DNA of 64,000 nucleotides from Trichomonas gallinae (Eukaryota): NCBI GenBank assembly GCA_008369845.1, contig MRSU01004809.1, positions 1 to 64,000 of the forward strand, read 5' to 3'. Shown piece by piece: positions 34,876 to 47,700 of this stretch (position 1 is its first letter; each line of letters starts with the position of its first letter). The notes under the pieces were generated by a model. It saw only the letters and a program-made list of their open reading frames with translations, ran no database searches and was not told where the DNA came from. The position numbers and the translations under genes were made by a program.

Positions 34876-35166
34876 TCAACATATGTGCTTGGAAACACAG
34901 TAATCATGAGCTGAGGTCTGAGTTGTTTTCGCCATTTGAATTGCATCGTTGAGTCCAACAGAAACGAATTTCCTGCATGGAGCTCTGAGAGCATCTGGTA
35001 AACTTGGTGAATTGCACTTTGCAGTAGCTTTAGCAGCAATTTCTTCATAAGAAGCTCCTTGTCTTGCTAGTGCAAATGTAACTTCTCCGTAGTGCATACA
35101 CATTTCGCATAGCTTCTTTGGCTCCGGAATCGGTAAATGAAAACAAAGAATGAAAAGAGCAATCAT
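34876..35166 (-). CDS. saposin-like protein (SAPLIP, single SapB domain)
   Basis: Signal peptide, then a six-cysteine pattern: CEMC...C...C...C...C ending at the C-terminus. Confidence 0.85.
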   Translation of the reverse strand: MIALFILCFHLPIPEPKKLCEMCMHYGEVTFALARQGASYEEIAAKATAKCNSPSLPDALRAPCRKFVSVGLNDAIQMAKTTQTSAHDYCVSKHIC

Positions 35167-35230
35167 TCAATATTGAGGTTGAAGCGAAATTTTGTCATGT
35201 AAAGAGGTTCGCCAAAAAAAAAAAAAATAC

Positions 35231-36045
35231 TTAGTTTATTTTGACTGAATCAAAGAATTGAGACATAAGTTTCGTTGTCATCTCAGGCTGCTCACGGACA
35301 GAGAGGTGACCGCAATCTTCAATAATTTCAACTCTAGAGCCTGGAACTAATTTGCCCATTTCTTCTGCTTCGTGTGGTGGCCTTGGTACATCATATTTTC
35401 CAGTCATAAACAATACAGGAATGCTTAGTGACGGCAACTGATCGAGAATTCCGTTTCTTCCGAAAATTCTCTTTCCCAACTTCACAAGTTCCGTATGCCT
35501 TTGTCCACTGTATTCTTTGAGGACAGATTTCAATGCATCGATAGCAGGAATGTTTTGTTCAATGCCTTTTGGCGAATAGAAATTTGGCATGCACACATCA
35601 CATCATCAGTAAAGACGTCGAAGCTTCCGATATAGTCCATTAATTTGAAGTATTTTATCCTGTCCTTTTCAGTTTCTGCGCCAACTTATGAATCAATGCA
35701 AATTAGAGCCTTTGCGACGCCTTTATCTTTGATTGCCATATGTGTAGCCCACATACCTCCAACAGAGAGTCCAGCAACGAAGTATTCTTGAATCCCTAAT
35801 GTTTTTCGGAATTGGATCATTTGTTCCGCCATTATTTCAATAGATATTTCACTGCAATCTATATCATCACTCTTCCCATGGCACCACAAATCTGGCAATA
35901 TACATTTATACTTTTTTGATAAGACTTCTACCTGAAATTTGTATAAATCATGATTCCATAAATACGCATGGCCAAATATAATCGGGAATCCCGTTCCAAC
36001 CTCTTCGTAAAACATTTTCTTTCCATCAATAGTGACGTAAGGCAT
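35231..36045 (-). pseudogene. bacterial-type alpha/beta hydrolase disrupted by a nonsense codon and a frameshift
   Basis: GHAYLW, PDLWCHGKS, GLSVGG nucleophile elbow, G.YD acid, CGH histidine. In-frame TAA at 35686-35688 and a frame change near 35596-35606. Confidence 0.85.
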
Positions 36046-36647
36046 TATTTCCTATACCAGAATAGTTTGATCAATAAAACAGGGTCTTTAACCTCTCTAT
36101 TTAGGGGTGAATTAACCAAATTGAGAATTCGATATAATATATGAATGCTGATAATTACTCATAAAAATTTTAAATGAGAGTTTTGATACGCACTCAATTT
36201 GATTATTTGGAAACAATATGTTTTTCTGATGCTGTATCGAACATTGGTTCAAAATTATGATGAAATAAAATTGAAACAAATTCTTTTACTGCTTATGAAT
36301 ACGATCGCATATGTCTTATGGTTAAATATTCCGTTAAAAGTTCATTTTCAACCCTCAAAAATTGAATTTTGATAACGAAATGTGTACAAACTCAATTGTT
36401 CGAAATGGTTTTTTTCTTATGTATACCAAAAATAGATACTATTATAAAAAAACTGTATTTTTATATTTCGTATTTTTATTTGTCAATCCATAAAGATTAA
36501 TTTATAATATTTTTCGATTGAAATAATTTAAATTAACGTACAAATATTTATTTGAAAAAATTTTCAATAGAATGATTTTATTTACACCTATCTAGAGGCC
36601 GATAAATAGAGCGAAATGGAGATAATTTTTGTCAAATTTTAATTGGG

Positions 36648-37889
36648 ATGATTGGAGGTGATTTACTCCTCGAAGACTACAAGTTCACTACTGGAAGCAA
36701 CAGAGAACTGTTTAAGCTCAGTGCTAACCCCATCAATTGGTTTAGCGCTATATCAATTATGTTCTGTATGATGACTGCGAACGATGCAAATTTCATGGAT
36801 TATTTATTTGAGTATGGCATCGTCGACGTGGCCCTCATGTGTGCTTCTGCCGCTTTCTTAAATATCGCTGCTTCTTATTTATTCATCAGCACATGGCGTT
36901 TTAATTTTGGAAATCAATACGCTGATATAGTTAAGGACACTTTTGGATGGGGACAACATACTATTCGTATAATTTATATCATCACGCTTCTTTATTCATC
37001 AATAACCAACGCAGCTTCTGTTTATGATACAATTAGATCCGTTGTTGATCCTAGACTAGGTGCTGGTAACATATTATCAAACAATTACTTCATATTCTAC
37101 TGCATAATTCCTGTTTTCACGATTCCTTTCGTATTTTTCAAAAGATTTTCAAGTTTAAGATTCTATTTCATGATCGCTAACTTGGCTGTTCTCATTATCT
37201 TGATCGCTACCATCTTTTTCTTTGTAGATTCGTACAAAGAAGATGGTTTTGATCCTCAAAAGAAATTCACTGTAGTCACAGGTGATTTTTGGGGCTTAAT
37301 AGAATCTTTCTCTGCATTTACGACTCTATTTTGGTCTCAGCCATTTATTTGCAATGTAGCGACAGACCTACCTAAGACATCTCAAAATTACGTTTTATCA
37401 GTCGTTATTTTTGCAACTATTTTTGTTGCAATCATTAACTTTGCTATTTCATTTTTCGGACACTTAAGTCTCTGGGGAGAAGCCGGAGAAAACGATTTCC
37501 TTGATTATTACTCGACAGAAAATCTTTTCACGCCTATTGCACAGGTAGCATCAATAATTAATCTTCTAATAACAAACAGCGGTTATCTGATAATTGCTGC
37601 ACGACAGACGATTTTCATATTTTCTGATACATTGAATAATATTTCGCTTTTAGTAGGTTCAGTCATGGCAATTTTCATATGCGGTGCTTTTGTATACTAT
37701 TACTTAAATGGTTACGAAAATATCATCGAATTAATTGGTTCAATATCATATTCAATTATGGCTTTGATCCTTCCACCTATTTTATATCTAAAAGCCTTTG
37801 GAATCAAGAAGGTCTTAGGTGTTTGTAGTTTACTCCATCTTTTACTCTGTCTTGCAATCACTGGATGCATTATACGCACTTACTTCTAA
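36648..37889 (+). CDS. amino-acid/auxin permease (Aa_trans-like) membrane transporter
   Basis: About 11 hydrophobic segments; YADIVKDTFG, PF.F.KRFSSLRF, FGHLS, IGSI...LPP.LYLK. Confidence 0.8.
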   Translation: MIGGDLLLEDYKFTTGSNRELFKLSANPINWFSAISIMFCMMTANDANFMDYLFEYGIVDVALMCASAAFLNIAASYLFISTWRFNFGNQYADIVKDTFGWGQHTIRIIYIITLLYSSITNAASVYDTIRSVVDPRLGAGNILSNNYFIFYCIIPVFTIPFVFFKRFSSLRFYFMIANLAVLIILIATIFFFVDSYKEDGFDPQKKFTVVTGDFWGLIESFSAFTTLFWSQPFICNVATDLPKTSQNYVLSVVIFATIFVAIINFAISFFGHLSLWGEAGENDFLDYYSTENLFTPIAQVASIINLLITNSGYLIIAARQTIFIFSDTLNNISLLVGSVMAIFICGAFVYYYLNGYENIIELIGSISYSIMALILPPILYLKAFGIKKVLGVCSLLHLLLCLAITGCIIRTYF

Positions 37890-38459
37890 TGTTCAACCAT
37901 TCTTTATATTAGTCTGTTTTTGTTTAATAAAATTGTTTGTCAGCAATACAATTAAAAAAAATCAATATTTTCATGAACGTAATTATATCGCATGAGCTAT
38001 ACATGAACGGATAATATGTCTCATACTTTATAAATTTATGCTCCATAATATCAGATTTATGATTATGACAGCTAATCAAAATTTGGAAAGCAAAAATATG
38101 TAAGGAGCGACCTTCCATTGCGAGTATAAACTATCACTATATGAGTTAAAATAATGAATTATAGCGGAGAAATCTTGATTTTTTAATGTTTCCTGGTCAA
38201 TAATTTTTTTATTCGCTGATTTCTCAATAAAACCGAAATTGCAACAAGTAAAATTGTCATATAGAATCTATCGCAAAAAAATTATATAATTCTAAGCTAT
38301 GGTTGATGTAAAAAAAAACAAAGAGGTTGTCACTTTTCATAAAATTGTAATTACACATCAAAAATATTTTACTGTATAGTTGTCAATTTTTAATGATTTC
38401 AAAATTCAAACGATACGCAGATTTGAAACGAATATAATCGTCGATTTTTCATTCAACAG

Positions 38460-39368
38460 ATGAATGTCGAAATTTCGAGTTACCAGGATCTGGTGGCTCG
38501 ATTTAAGCGTGTAAAAAAGCTTGGAAGCGGCAGCTATGGAGAAGTATATTTAGTAAAAGATAGGAAATCGTTGAATGAATATGCATTAAAAGTTATTCCT
38601 CTTTCTAAAATCAAAGATGGCCATCCATATGAATTCGATATCTACGACAAACTCAATGGTAATCCTAATATTGTTCATTTACATGCAAAATTCCAGGACA
38701 CCCAAAATGTATATCAGTTGTTCGAATACTGCCAAGGAGGAGACCTTGGTAACTATATCAAAAAGAAGGGTGCACTATGTGCCGATGAAGCGATATTGGT
38801 CTTTAAACAAATTGTCGAGGCAGTTAATTTCATTCATTCTCTTGGAATTGCGCATTTAGATTTGAAGCCGGAAAATGTGCTAATAACGAGATTTCCTGAG
38901 GTTAAAATCTCTGATTTTGGATTATCACACAGTTTTAGACCTGGCGAAAAAATTTCAGAGTTTTGCGGAACAATGCATTTTTCTGCGCCCGAATGCCTCT
39001 GCAACATTAACTATGATGCCTCTAAAGCCGATATTTGGTCGCTCGGTGTTATTTTATATTTCTTGTATATGGGAAAAACGCCATGGACATCTAATGACAG
39101 TAATATAATACAGAGGCAGATAGTATCTGGTTATATCTTCTTCCCTGATTATCTAGGACGAAACGAAATTGAATTATTACAATTAATGCTGAAAGTGAAT
39201 CCAAGTGATCGAGTTTCGGCTTCGGTTCTACTTATGCATCCATTGTTTAACAGCAGACGAACTTGTTTGCATATCAAATCGAAGACAAGAAATCAAATTT
39301 CACTTCCATCTATTAAGGCTAAGTCAAAGATTGTTGCCACCCCTATAATACAGTATACATTTGAATAA
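38460..39368 (+). CDS. CAMK-group Ser/Thr kinase
   Basis: LGSGSYGEV, YALK, HLDLKPEN, DFG, FCGT..FSAPE, ADIWSLGV. Confidence 0.92.
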   Translation: MNVEISSYQDLVARFKRVKKLGSGSYGEVYLVKDRKSLNEYALKVIPLSKIKDGHPYEFDIYDKLNGNPNIVHLHAKFQDTQNVYQLFEYCQGGDLGNYIKKKGALCADEAILVFKQIVEAVNFIHSLGIAHLDLKPENVLITRFPEVKISDFGLSHSFRPGEKISEFCGTMHFSAPECLCNINYDASKADIWSLGVILYFLYMGKTPWTSNDSNIIQRQIVSGYIFFPDYLGRNEIELLQLMLKVNPSDRVSASVLLMHPLFNSRRTCLHIKSKTRNQISLPSIKAKSKIVATPIIQYTFE

Positions 39369-39646
39369 GGCATTAATTCGAAATTATATTCAAAACATTT
39401 TAAAATCCAAATAGAGATGTATCGACATTAGATTAATATTGTTATATATTGTTAGTAAATCGATAGTTTTAGAGTTATATTCGAAATAGAAATTTGATAT
39501 TTATTTTATCAATTATGAAACTCCATATTGCTAAAATCTGTTTATGATTTGGTTAGAGTTCATATATTTTGAAGTAGAGAAGCTAGTATTGTTAGTATTG
39601 AAAGAAAATTATATAATACGAACTATCTTTAGCAATGATTTAGAAA

Positions 39647-40429
39647 TTACATTTCTCCAAGCAAACTTTGTGTTAATGACGACTGATTTGGTCCCCAATA
39701 ATAAATGTATTCCTTATCAGAATTTGGTCTTCTGAACATACATAAGATAAAGATGAAGTAAATAACTCCTGCAGAACCAAACATAGCAGTCCAGATCCAC
39801 CAAGTTAAATTATCCGCAGCATGGATCCAAATTTGGTCTGTTTCGTTTTCATTATCAAATCTAGTAATGGAAACGTTGAATGCGCCATAATGCTGATTAA
39901 CTGTTTTAACAACAAATCCTAATTTTCCGCTTCCTTCGGATCTAATATAGAAATTCTTATGAACGGTATGATTAGAAGGTTCCGGATTTTTTATGCTAAT
40001 ATTTGTATCGAAAAGATTTGAGAACATGTAGCAGCGTGGAACTGTAAGATTTAAAACATTTTCTTGAACAATAACTTTCTTTTGGTCTATAATTGAGTAA
40101 GCATATCCTTCACATGGCTCATCATTTGGAACTGTCCAATAGTATAATGTTGTTCTTCCTCCTAAATAAGGAGAATGAATCAATTTGAAATCTTTATCGA
40201 AAATGTAATTTGTATCTGATTTCATTGTGTGCGTTTCATTTTCTCCTGTATATTGGTATTCGAGTTTTCCTGTCATGAAGAATTTTTGCGTTGTGATGTA
40301 AATTTTGTTGCTATCAATCTTAAAATCTTTTATCTCTTTGTCTTTTAATATGAGTTTGCCGCATCCTTCTGTCTCTATTTTGTATCCAACGTTGGACTTT
40401 GCGTGCAAAGATATAAGAAGAAGAAACAT
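39647..40429 (-). CDS. type I single-pass membrane protein of unknown function
   Basis: Signal peptide MFLLLISL, Cys-containing ectodomain, transmembrane segment WWIWTAMFGSAGVIYFIFILCMF followed by RR, short tail. ATG at 40429. Confidence 0.75.
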   Translation of the reverse strand: MFLLLISLHAKSNVGYKIETEGCGKLILKDKEIKDFKIDSNKIYITTQKFFMTGKLEYQYTGENETHTMKSDTNYIFDKDFKLIHSPYLGGRTTLYYWTVPNDEPCEGYAYSIIDQKKVIVQENVLNLTVPRCYMFSNLFDTNISIKNPEPSNHTVHKNFYIRSEGSGKLGFVVKTVNQHYGAFNVSITRFDNENETDQIWIHAADNLTWWIWTAMFGSAGVIYFIFILCMFRRPNSDKEYIYYWGPNQSSLTQSLLGEM

Positions 40430-41017
40430 GAGAAATAAAAAATGTGACAATTTTTTTATTTCGTTTTTTATCGTGTAAACTTGTCAAATTTCTTCTCTAT
40501 TTTTTGATTTTTCATTTCTTTATTTGAAGCATTTTGTGACTTTTAAATCATTTGCACTGCTTATATACATTCTATATATGAAATAACTAATGGTAAATCT
40601 AAAATAACAAATTTTCATCTTTTTTTCTGAAGCATTTTGTATCTTTTAAACCAGTTACACTGCTTATAGGCATTCTATGATTGAAATAACTATTATCAAA
40701 TCTAAAATATCGAAATTTTCGAATTGAAAATAAGAACAATAACTTGCATAAATGCATTATTTTGTCTTCAATCGCTTCAAACTGACAAAAGCTTGGTAAT
40801 TTTGTGTTTTGGAGCAAATATATAATTTTCTTAAATTGATTCTGCATTATTTTTGATCCAAAATCATCCGTTCAGCATCTATGCATTGTTGTTATGAGGA
40901 TAATAGCATCATTTTGGGGAGGAACGATTATTGTCCAAAATGGAGAAATAATTCGTTAAAAACATCTACTAATTGTATTAAAACAATATCTATATAGTAT
41001 TTATTCAGAAACATCAT

Positions 41018-41758
41018 TCAAACAACAATTTTTTTGCGATTTCTTGGCTGATCAGCAGCAATAGTTCTCATAACCATGTATTTGCAGTATTTTTCGAACT
41101 CCTTTCTCCTTGAGTCGATATATGGTTCATTTCCTATCTGTGGTTTTACAAGCAGGCTGTCTACAGAATACTTGCACAACCTTTCACCATTCTGGATGAT
41201 GTAATCATAGTATGCATCACACATCCGGATCTCAGAGGGTGTGTCTGTCTTCTCAATGATCGATGCGGCAGTAAGAATAAATGAAATCTGATATAGCTTG
41301 CATAAAATAGTCTTTAATACATTTTTGCCGCGTGCAATGTATATAGCAATATGCCTTATGTTGAGTGTCTGTCTTCTCATTGCCACAAACAGCATTATGT
41401 ATAACTGTGTAATCTTACCAATAGTATCACACTTTTCCTTAGGAATAATCTCCTTCAGCTTAACTTGAGGATTCATGACGCCATGAGAAATTGCGAGATG
41501 TTGTAATGTTTTCATTATATTATCTTTACCGAGCCATGTTATTGTATCAACTGTATCGTGTTGGCAACATCCAATGACTTCGAATACATTTATGACGTCA
41601 TAGAATCTCCTTCTCTGAAAATTAAACTCTTCGCATATTTTCGATAATTTGAAGACATTTGTTTTTTCTTTTTCCACTTTATCCATGAAGCTGACAATGG
41701 AGCCCCTGAACGAATCATTCTTCCCTGACGAAGATAAATCGTTCGGGCTGCTGCTCAT
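41018..41758 (-). CDS. E2F/DP winged-helix transcription factor
   Basis: QRRRFYDVINVFEVIG...ITWLG and a second degenerate helix (KLYQISFIL). An alternative ATG is at 41803. Confidence 0.85.
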   Translation of the reverse strand: MSSSPNDLSSSGKNDSFRGSIVSFMDKVEKEKTNVFKLSKICEEFNFQRRRFYDVINVFEVIGCCQHDTVDTITWLGKDNIMKTLQHLAISHGVMNPQVKLKEIIPKEKCDTIGKITQLYIMLFVAMRRQTLNIRHIAIYIARGKNVLKTILCKLYQISFILTAASIIEKTDTPSEIRMCDAYYDYIIQNGERLCKYSVDSLLVKPQIGNEPYIDSRRKEFEKYCKYMVMRTIAADQPRNRKKIVV

Positions 41759-42995
41759 TACAAAAAAAATTATTGTTTGAGAGCGTAAAATTTTCCCCGT
41801 CATATGTTTACAATTTACAAAAATTTACAATTAAAACAATACCCAATTTTTATTCATATTTATTCATCACAGAGCCCATTTCTTCAAAATAAATTTTGTG
41901 AGCGAATAATTTTGAAAAGAGAATTGGTTTCTGGATTCCTTTGTGGAATATTCTATTTAAAACAATTAGAAAGTTTTTTTGATCTTAATGTCAGTTTGTG
42001 AATCCGAAATTTTTTTATTTGAACAGGATGAACTACGATAAACTTTGCTATTGCAGCGGATGATATACCTATATGTTTAGAGATTAATCCAGAAACATCG
42101 GAAACCCAAAACATTGGAAAATTATTTTGATTAAAAATCCTTTAGGCTAAGCATCATTGATTATATAAGATTTAGATAAAAAACAGTTTTATAAGCATGA
42201 CCATCATATTGCCAATGAATGATTGAGTTACATATTTTATCGTGTTTCACAAAATATGTTAATTAACGAAACCAATAGTTGGCTATTATAGCATGTAATA
42301 ATTATAATTGATTCACATAGGTGATTACTATTAAACACATTAATATTTCACTAATATTCAATATTATTACAGAGTCTTGTTTAATCTCGATATAATTGTA
42401 TATAGTAGCAAGTTTCTTGCATGTTGATAAAACAAAAGCTCGTTAATCTATTTACTGTTTGTGTTTCAATTTATTCGAAAATTTACTTTTTGATATGTGA
42501 TCGAATTAATAACTATGCATTAATATGTGTATCGACAATAATTGTTTTCACATATGTTATGGGGAATATTACACTAAATTCAAAATAAGAAATTTTATCA
42601 ACTCATTATTTTCATAAGCATCTATGAGAACGTATATTGCTTAGAATGCTCTAATGATAATATATGAGTTAAATCGTGTAATAATGATGTTTCAATTTTA
42701 TAAAATATTAATAAAAAAGAATGGTTATAAAAGAAGCTCGTAGATCAAAATGTATATTGATTTTGAATGCAGTAGCATTCTTAAATTAGCTAACTACTAT
42801 ACGAAATTTATAAAATTGTATTTAAGCAAGTCATGGAAAGTATTTGAAGCTGGAATATGTTGTAAAAGTTGGAAGGCTGATAGATAAGATAGGTTTTTTG
42901 CGATCAAGTTCAGTTAAATGTCGAGAAAAGCGAAGAACAGCAGAAAATGGTCGAAAATGTGACAACTTTGAACAACTCTGTTTATTGTTGATAAC

Positions 42996-43535
42996 ATGAG
43001 TTTTGAGCATAGCACTAATAATCCTCCGTTCACTGTTGACCTTCTTCCGGTCCAGCCAAAAGCGAACGATCCACAAAAAACACCAAATCTCGACTATCTA
43101 AATTTCCACATTCAATATCCTACGCAAGGAGATGGACAACACCAAGGTAATACACGAGCAAAAGCTAAAAGATGGACAGCTGAAGAAGATGAGAAGCTAC
43201 GTCAAGCGATTTCGTTACATGGCACCACGAATTGGCAAGCTGTTGCTTCTTTTGTTGGAAATGATAGGACAAGAGCGCAGTGTAGCCAAAGATGGAATCG
43301 GGTGTTAAATCCTGAGATTTCTAAAGCAAACTGGTCAAAAGAGGAAGAAGAGTTACTTCTTAAAAGCGTAAATCAGTTTGGAAATAAAGCATGGACACGT
43401 GTAGCCCAGCAGTTTGGTAATAGAAGCGATGTTCAATGTAGGTTTAAATATAATTATTTAATGAAAAAGTTAGAGCAAAATTCAATTAACTATGAAGATG
43501 ATAATCAAGATGAGCATTCTACGAAGGATATTTAA
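42996..43535 (+). CDS. R2R3-type Myb protein
   Basis: WTAEEDEKL...HGTTNW...RTRAQCSQRW.RVLNP and WSKEEE...W..VA..FGNRSDVQCR. Confidence 0.93.
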   Translation: MSFEHSTNNPPFTVDLLPVQPKANDPQKTPNLDYLNFHIQYPTQGDGQHQGNTRAKAKRWTAEEDEKLRQAISLHGTTNWQAVASFVGNDRTRAQCSQRWNRVLNPEISKANWSKEEEELLLKSVNQFGNKAWTRVAQQFGNRSDVQCRFKYNYLMKKLEQNSINYEDDNQDEHSTKDI

Positions 43536-44766
43536 AGAAAATATCCATTACTTAGTATATTCTATCAAATATTCGAATATGACGTGTTCTACATTGCGAT
43601 ACTTTTTATAAATACTGAATTTATTCTTGTTGTGCAAGTTAATCAAGTAAAGATTTATAATTTTGATAACTTCAACTACAACATCTTTTCATATCTAGAC
43701 AGTTTGTAGCTTTGTGTGTACTAGTTGTGAATTGCTTGTTATAAATGAACGAACTTCATTTTCAGAAATAATTCAGGAATAGAATTCTTCGAAAAGAGTT
43801 GTTACTAAACTGCAATGGATTGAAAACAATGTTATAGAGGCTAAAAAGGAAGATTTGTTGCTGAAGAAAAGAAACCACCACGTTGAAAAACTAATCGCAA
43901 AACTGTACAATTATTTTGGACAAAATTTTGGATTTCGAATTAGCATCTAAAATACTTCTCATTTATTTATTTAGATTTTTTGAACAATTCTTATTTTTTC
44001 GAAAAATCAAGATAAAAGTGTAAAAAATGAATTATCTCTCATTAAATTCAATACTTTTACCTGATTTTAAATACATCATTTACTTCATATATAACAAAAA
44101 TAACTATCGATTTGTCAATTTAATTTTATCAAATCAATTTCTTTTAATTTCTCAAATAATTTTGATAGTTCAGAATGTCCATCTCCAGCTAAACAAATGC
44201 TATTCTCGCAGATATGTTCGTTTATAAGTCAAAAGTAGATTTTGTCAACAGATTTCGTAATCCATTGAACTTAATATTTGTGTTTATTTTAGCATAACAA
44301 GCATGCTGAACTAGATTGAAGACGATGAATACTACACAAACAGTTTTTCTTTTTGAAACCTTCTGTTCACTTTGTCCCTATGCAAAATCAATGCATAATA
44401 TTAGATCAATAAAGCTCCCAAGTAACAGAGAAAATTGAAATTGATGATGGTTGGTAAAAAGTTAAAATTACGGTAAAAAAATTGCTGCATTGTTATCATA
44501 TAGCTGATCATCAGCTTACAAAATTCGCTTTAGGTCAAGTCTATCGAAATTTATCTGAAATACTATTTTTCAATGACAACTAGACTGATATGCATTGTTA
44601 TCTCATAAATGAAGAAAATTGAGAGCCGGGTTTTTATCAAAATTAATTTTTATACTAAAATTAAAACCACAGGCTGTATATAGTCTAAAGATGCCAGTTC
44701 TATTGAAATCTTTTGAATTTGGATAATGTGAGGTGATTTTTTTCGTATAAATTCTAAAATTAAATA

Positions 44767-47700
44767 ATGTCTAAAATACTGAAAGAGGGCTGGATCATTA
44801 AACAAGGAGGACGAATTAAAACATGGAAAAAGCGATGGCTTATTCTCTTCCCTGGTTCAGCAATCTATTACACGGAAAAAGGAGGAAAATTAAAAGGATC
44901 TTTCACTCTTTCGTCCGATTCGAAAATTGAACAAATCTATTCAGTAAAATATTTACCTGCGTTACAAGTATCGTGGCCCAATCGAAAAAGAGCATATGTA
45001 ATTCACGTTGATCAAGAAGAAGAACTTAAAAACTGGATCGAAGCGTTTACAAATGTTATAAATACTAAGAAACCACCGCCAGATATTTACATTCCAACTT
45101 CTGAAGAAGTTGTTATCCGCAAGTCGAGAGATGTTGCAGCCGCAGGTGATGGAAATTCAAAGGGTTCGTCAGCAGCCTCTGCAAGAAGACCACCTACTAG
45201 GCGACCTCCATCCAGAGTTCCAACTTCGAAATCAAAATCTTCAGCGGCCAAGAGAGTCAAGTCACCAGAACAACCAAAACAAGCGGCTCCACCATCTCCT
45301 GCAAAGGATGAACAAGAGCCAAATGTCGAGTTAAATCAAGATTTCGTAAACAAATTCACCGCTCTTTCAAACGCCAACAAACAACAGAATCATTTACCAA
45401 AGCCAAGGGCTAGTTTGGAGCCTTCTGCATCTTCGGCTCAATATAATCTTCCACTGGAACCAGGACCAGCACCAGCCGCAAGGTCCAAATCACCACCCCC
45501 ACCAAGAACAACAGCACACAACGATAATAAAGCTAATTCTCCACCAGCATCGAATTCAGTATCTGAAGGAAGCGAGCCGAAAAGCAATGATGCCGCTAGC
45601 GAGGCTAGGTCTTCAGCAGCTTCAGCAAATAATTCAATACTTGCGCCGGCTCCTACTGGAGATACAGGCGGAGGAGTTTCACTGGCGGCGATTCAGGCCA
45701 TAAAACTCAAGAAAAGGCCAGCAGAACCTGCTCCTAAGAAGGAAGAATCAAAGCAGGAACAGCCGATGAATCCGTTCGAACATCTCAAAGCCAGAAGAGT
45801 CAAATCAGGCGAGAACAGTAGTAAGGAAACTGAAGACAGCATGTCTAAGAGCAGCAGCAGTCGCAAGCAAAATAATGATAATGAAATTACGAAACAAAAC
45901 GTTCAATCGCCATCAGCCGACAAAGATAACGAGAAGAACAGTGATAAACACGATTCTACGCCAGAAGAACAACAAAAGAAATCGGAATCCGTCTCACCAC
46001 CAATATTACCTGTACCGACACCTCAAAATACACCAACCGCATCACTGCAAGCTAAGAAATCACCTCCATCTTCGAATGACTCTTCAGAACATGCTAAATT
46101 ACCTGCACCGCCTCTACCAACTCCACCGAAGTCGAATGAGGCAGAATCAACAAGCGAGAATAAAAGCAAATCATCATCTTCTTCACAGAGCGATAAAGAT
46201 AAAATCAGAAACTACAAAGAATCATCTGCAAGTGATGAAGAAAGGGCAGATCTCAAGATTAAACTCAACGACAGATTTATTCCACGTGAAAGCAACGAAC
46301 TTTTCAAGATGCATAGCGAAGAAGCTGAAGAAAAATCATTCAACGATATTAATTCTAAGCCAGTTGATCATTTCATGTCATTTACACCACCAGATACACC
46401 TAAGAAGATCAATGCCAGCGAAGATAAGGCTTTACCAACGTTTGATGTTCCAAACGATGATTCAGACAACGAGGCTAAGGAGGATAAGCCTAAGAAGGAA
46501 GATAAATCTGATGAAGAAGAAAAGAAGGATGATAAATTATCAGCAATCACGCCGCCAGCTGAATTTGAAGAACACAAAGAACCAGAGCCAGTTATCACAC
46601 CACCTCCACAATTGCATCAAACAGAGCAGGAAGAAGACCTTGGCACAAAGCTTCCACCTGCGAGAAATGTTCCATTCCCATCACCACAACAACAGATTCC
46701 ACCACCATTGCCACGCAGGATGAGCGCCGACATAGATCCATCACAATTACCCCCACCATTCCCAGCAGCAAGTCCAACTGCACCACCACCACCATTTGTC
46801 GCAGCTAACCCTAATGCTCCACCTCCTGCATTCCCAGCTGCCAATCCAAACGCACCACCGCCTCCATTCGTTGCTGCTAATCCAAATGCCCCACCTCCAC
46901 CATTTGTCGCCGCCAATCCGAATGTAACACCACCGCCATTTGTTGCAGCTAATCCTAATGCTCCACCACCCGCATTCCCACCAGCGAATCCGAATGCTCC
47001 ACCTCCGCCATTCGTTGCAGCTAATCCTAATGCTCCACCACCAAATCTTCCACCGGTCATGGGATTCCCAGCTGCCAAGCCAAACGCTCCACCACCAAAT
47101 CTTCCACCGATTGCATCAGGCCCGGGCAGCCCACCAAGGACAATCCTAATACCAAACGCTTCATCTTCACCACCGGCTCAGCAGGATCCACCTTCTCCAT
47201 CGGCTGCACCGGCCCTTCTTCCAAAGGGACTTCCACCAGCCCCACCGCCACCACCACCTCCTCCACCAGCTCCACTTGATCCAAACGCTCCAATCCACAA
47301 GAAGAAGAGACATTCATCAGACTCTTCGTCATCCTCAGATGATGAAGAAAAGTCCGCATCATCAGAGTCATCAGATGATGAGGATTCTGAAGAACTTAGG
47401 AGGAAGGAGAGACTTGCTAAGCTAACAGCGGAAGTCAGAGAGAACCCAACAGTTGCTATTGCTGTTGAGAATCCTTCCTCACCACCATCTGCTCCTGCAC
47501 CAGCCCCACTGGAGTCAGAGCCACCTAAACCTAAGTCAGAGCCCAAGCCAGAACCTAAACCAGCTCCAAAGGTTGAGTCTAAGCCAGAACCAGAAGCAGT
47601 TGGTGGCGCTCCATCTATCCAAGCGGACGACTTGAAGATTAAGCTCAAGAAGGTCGACAGGAAGGAGCCACCTAAAGAGGAAGAGAAGCCAGGATTCGTC

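Noticed and set aside
35590..35690. Intron or programmed readthrough as the explanation for the split hydrolase
   Set aside because: No branch or splice motif; the intervening sequence encodes plausible hydrolase residues; two separate lesions favour decay.
46780..47045. 36-nt repeats as a CRISPR-like array
   Set aside because: Contiguous in-frame coding repeats with synonymous variation and no spacers.
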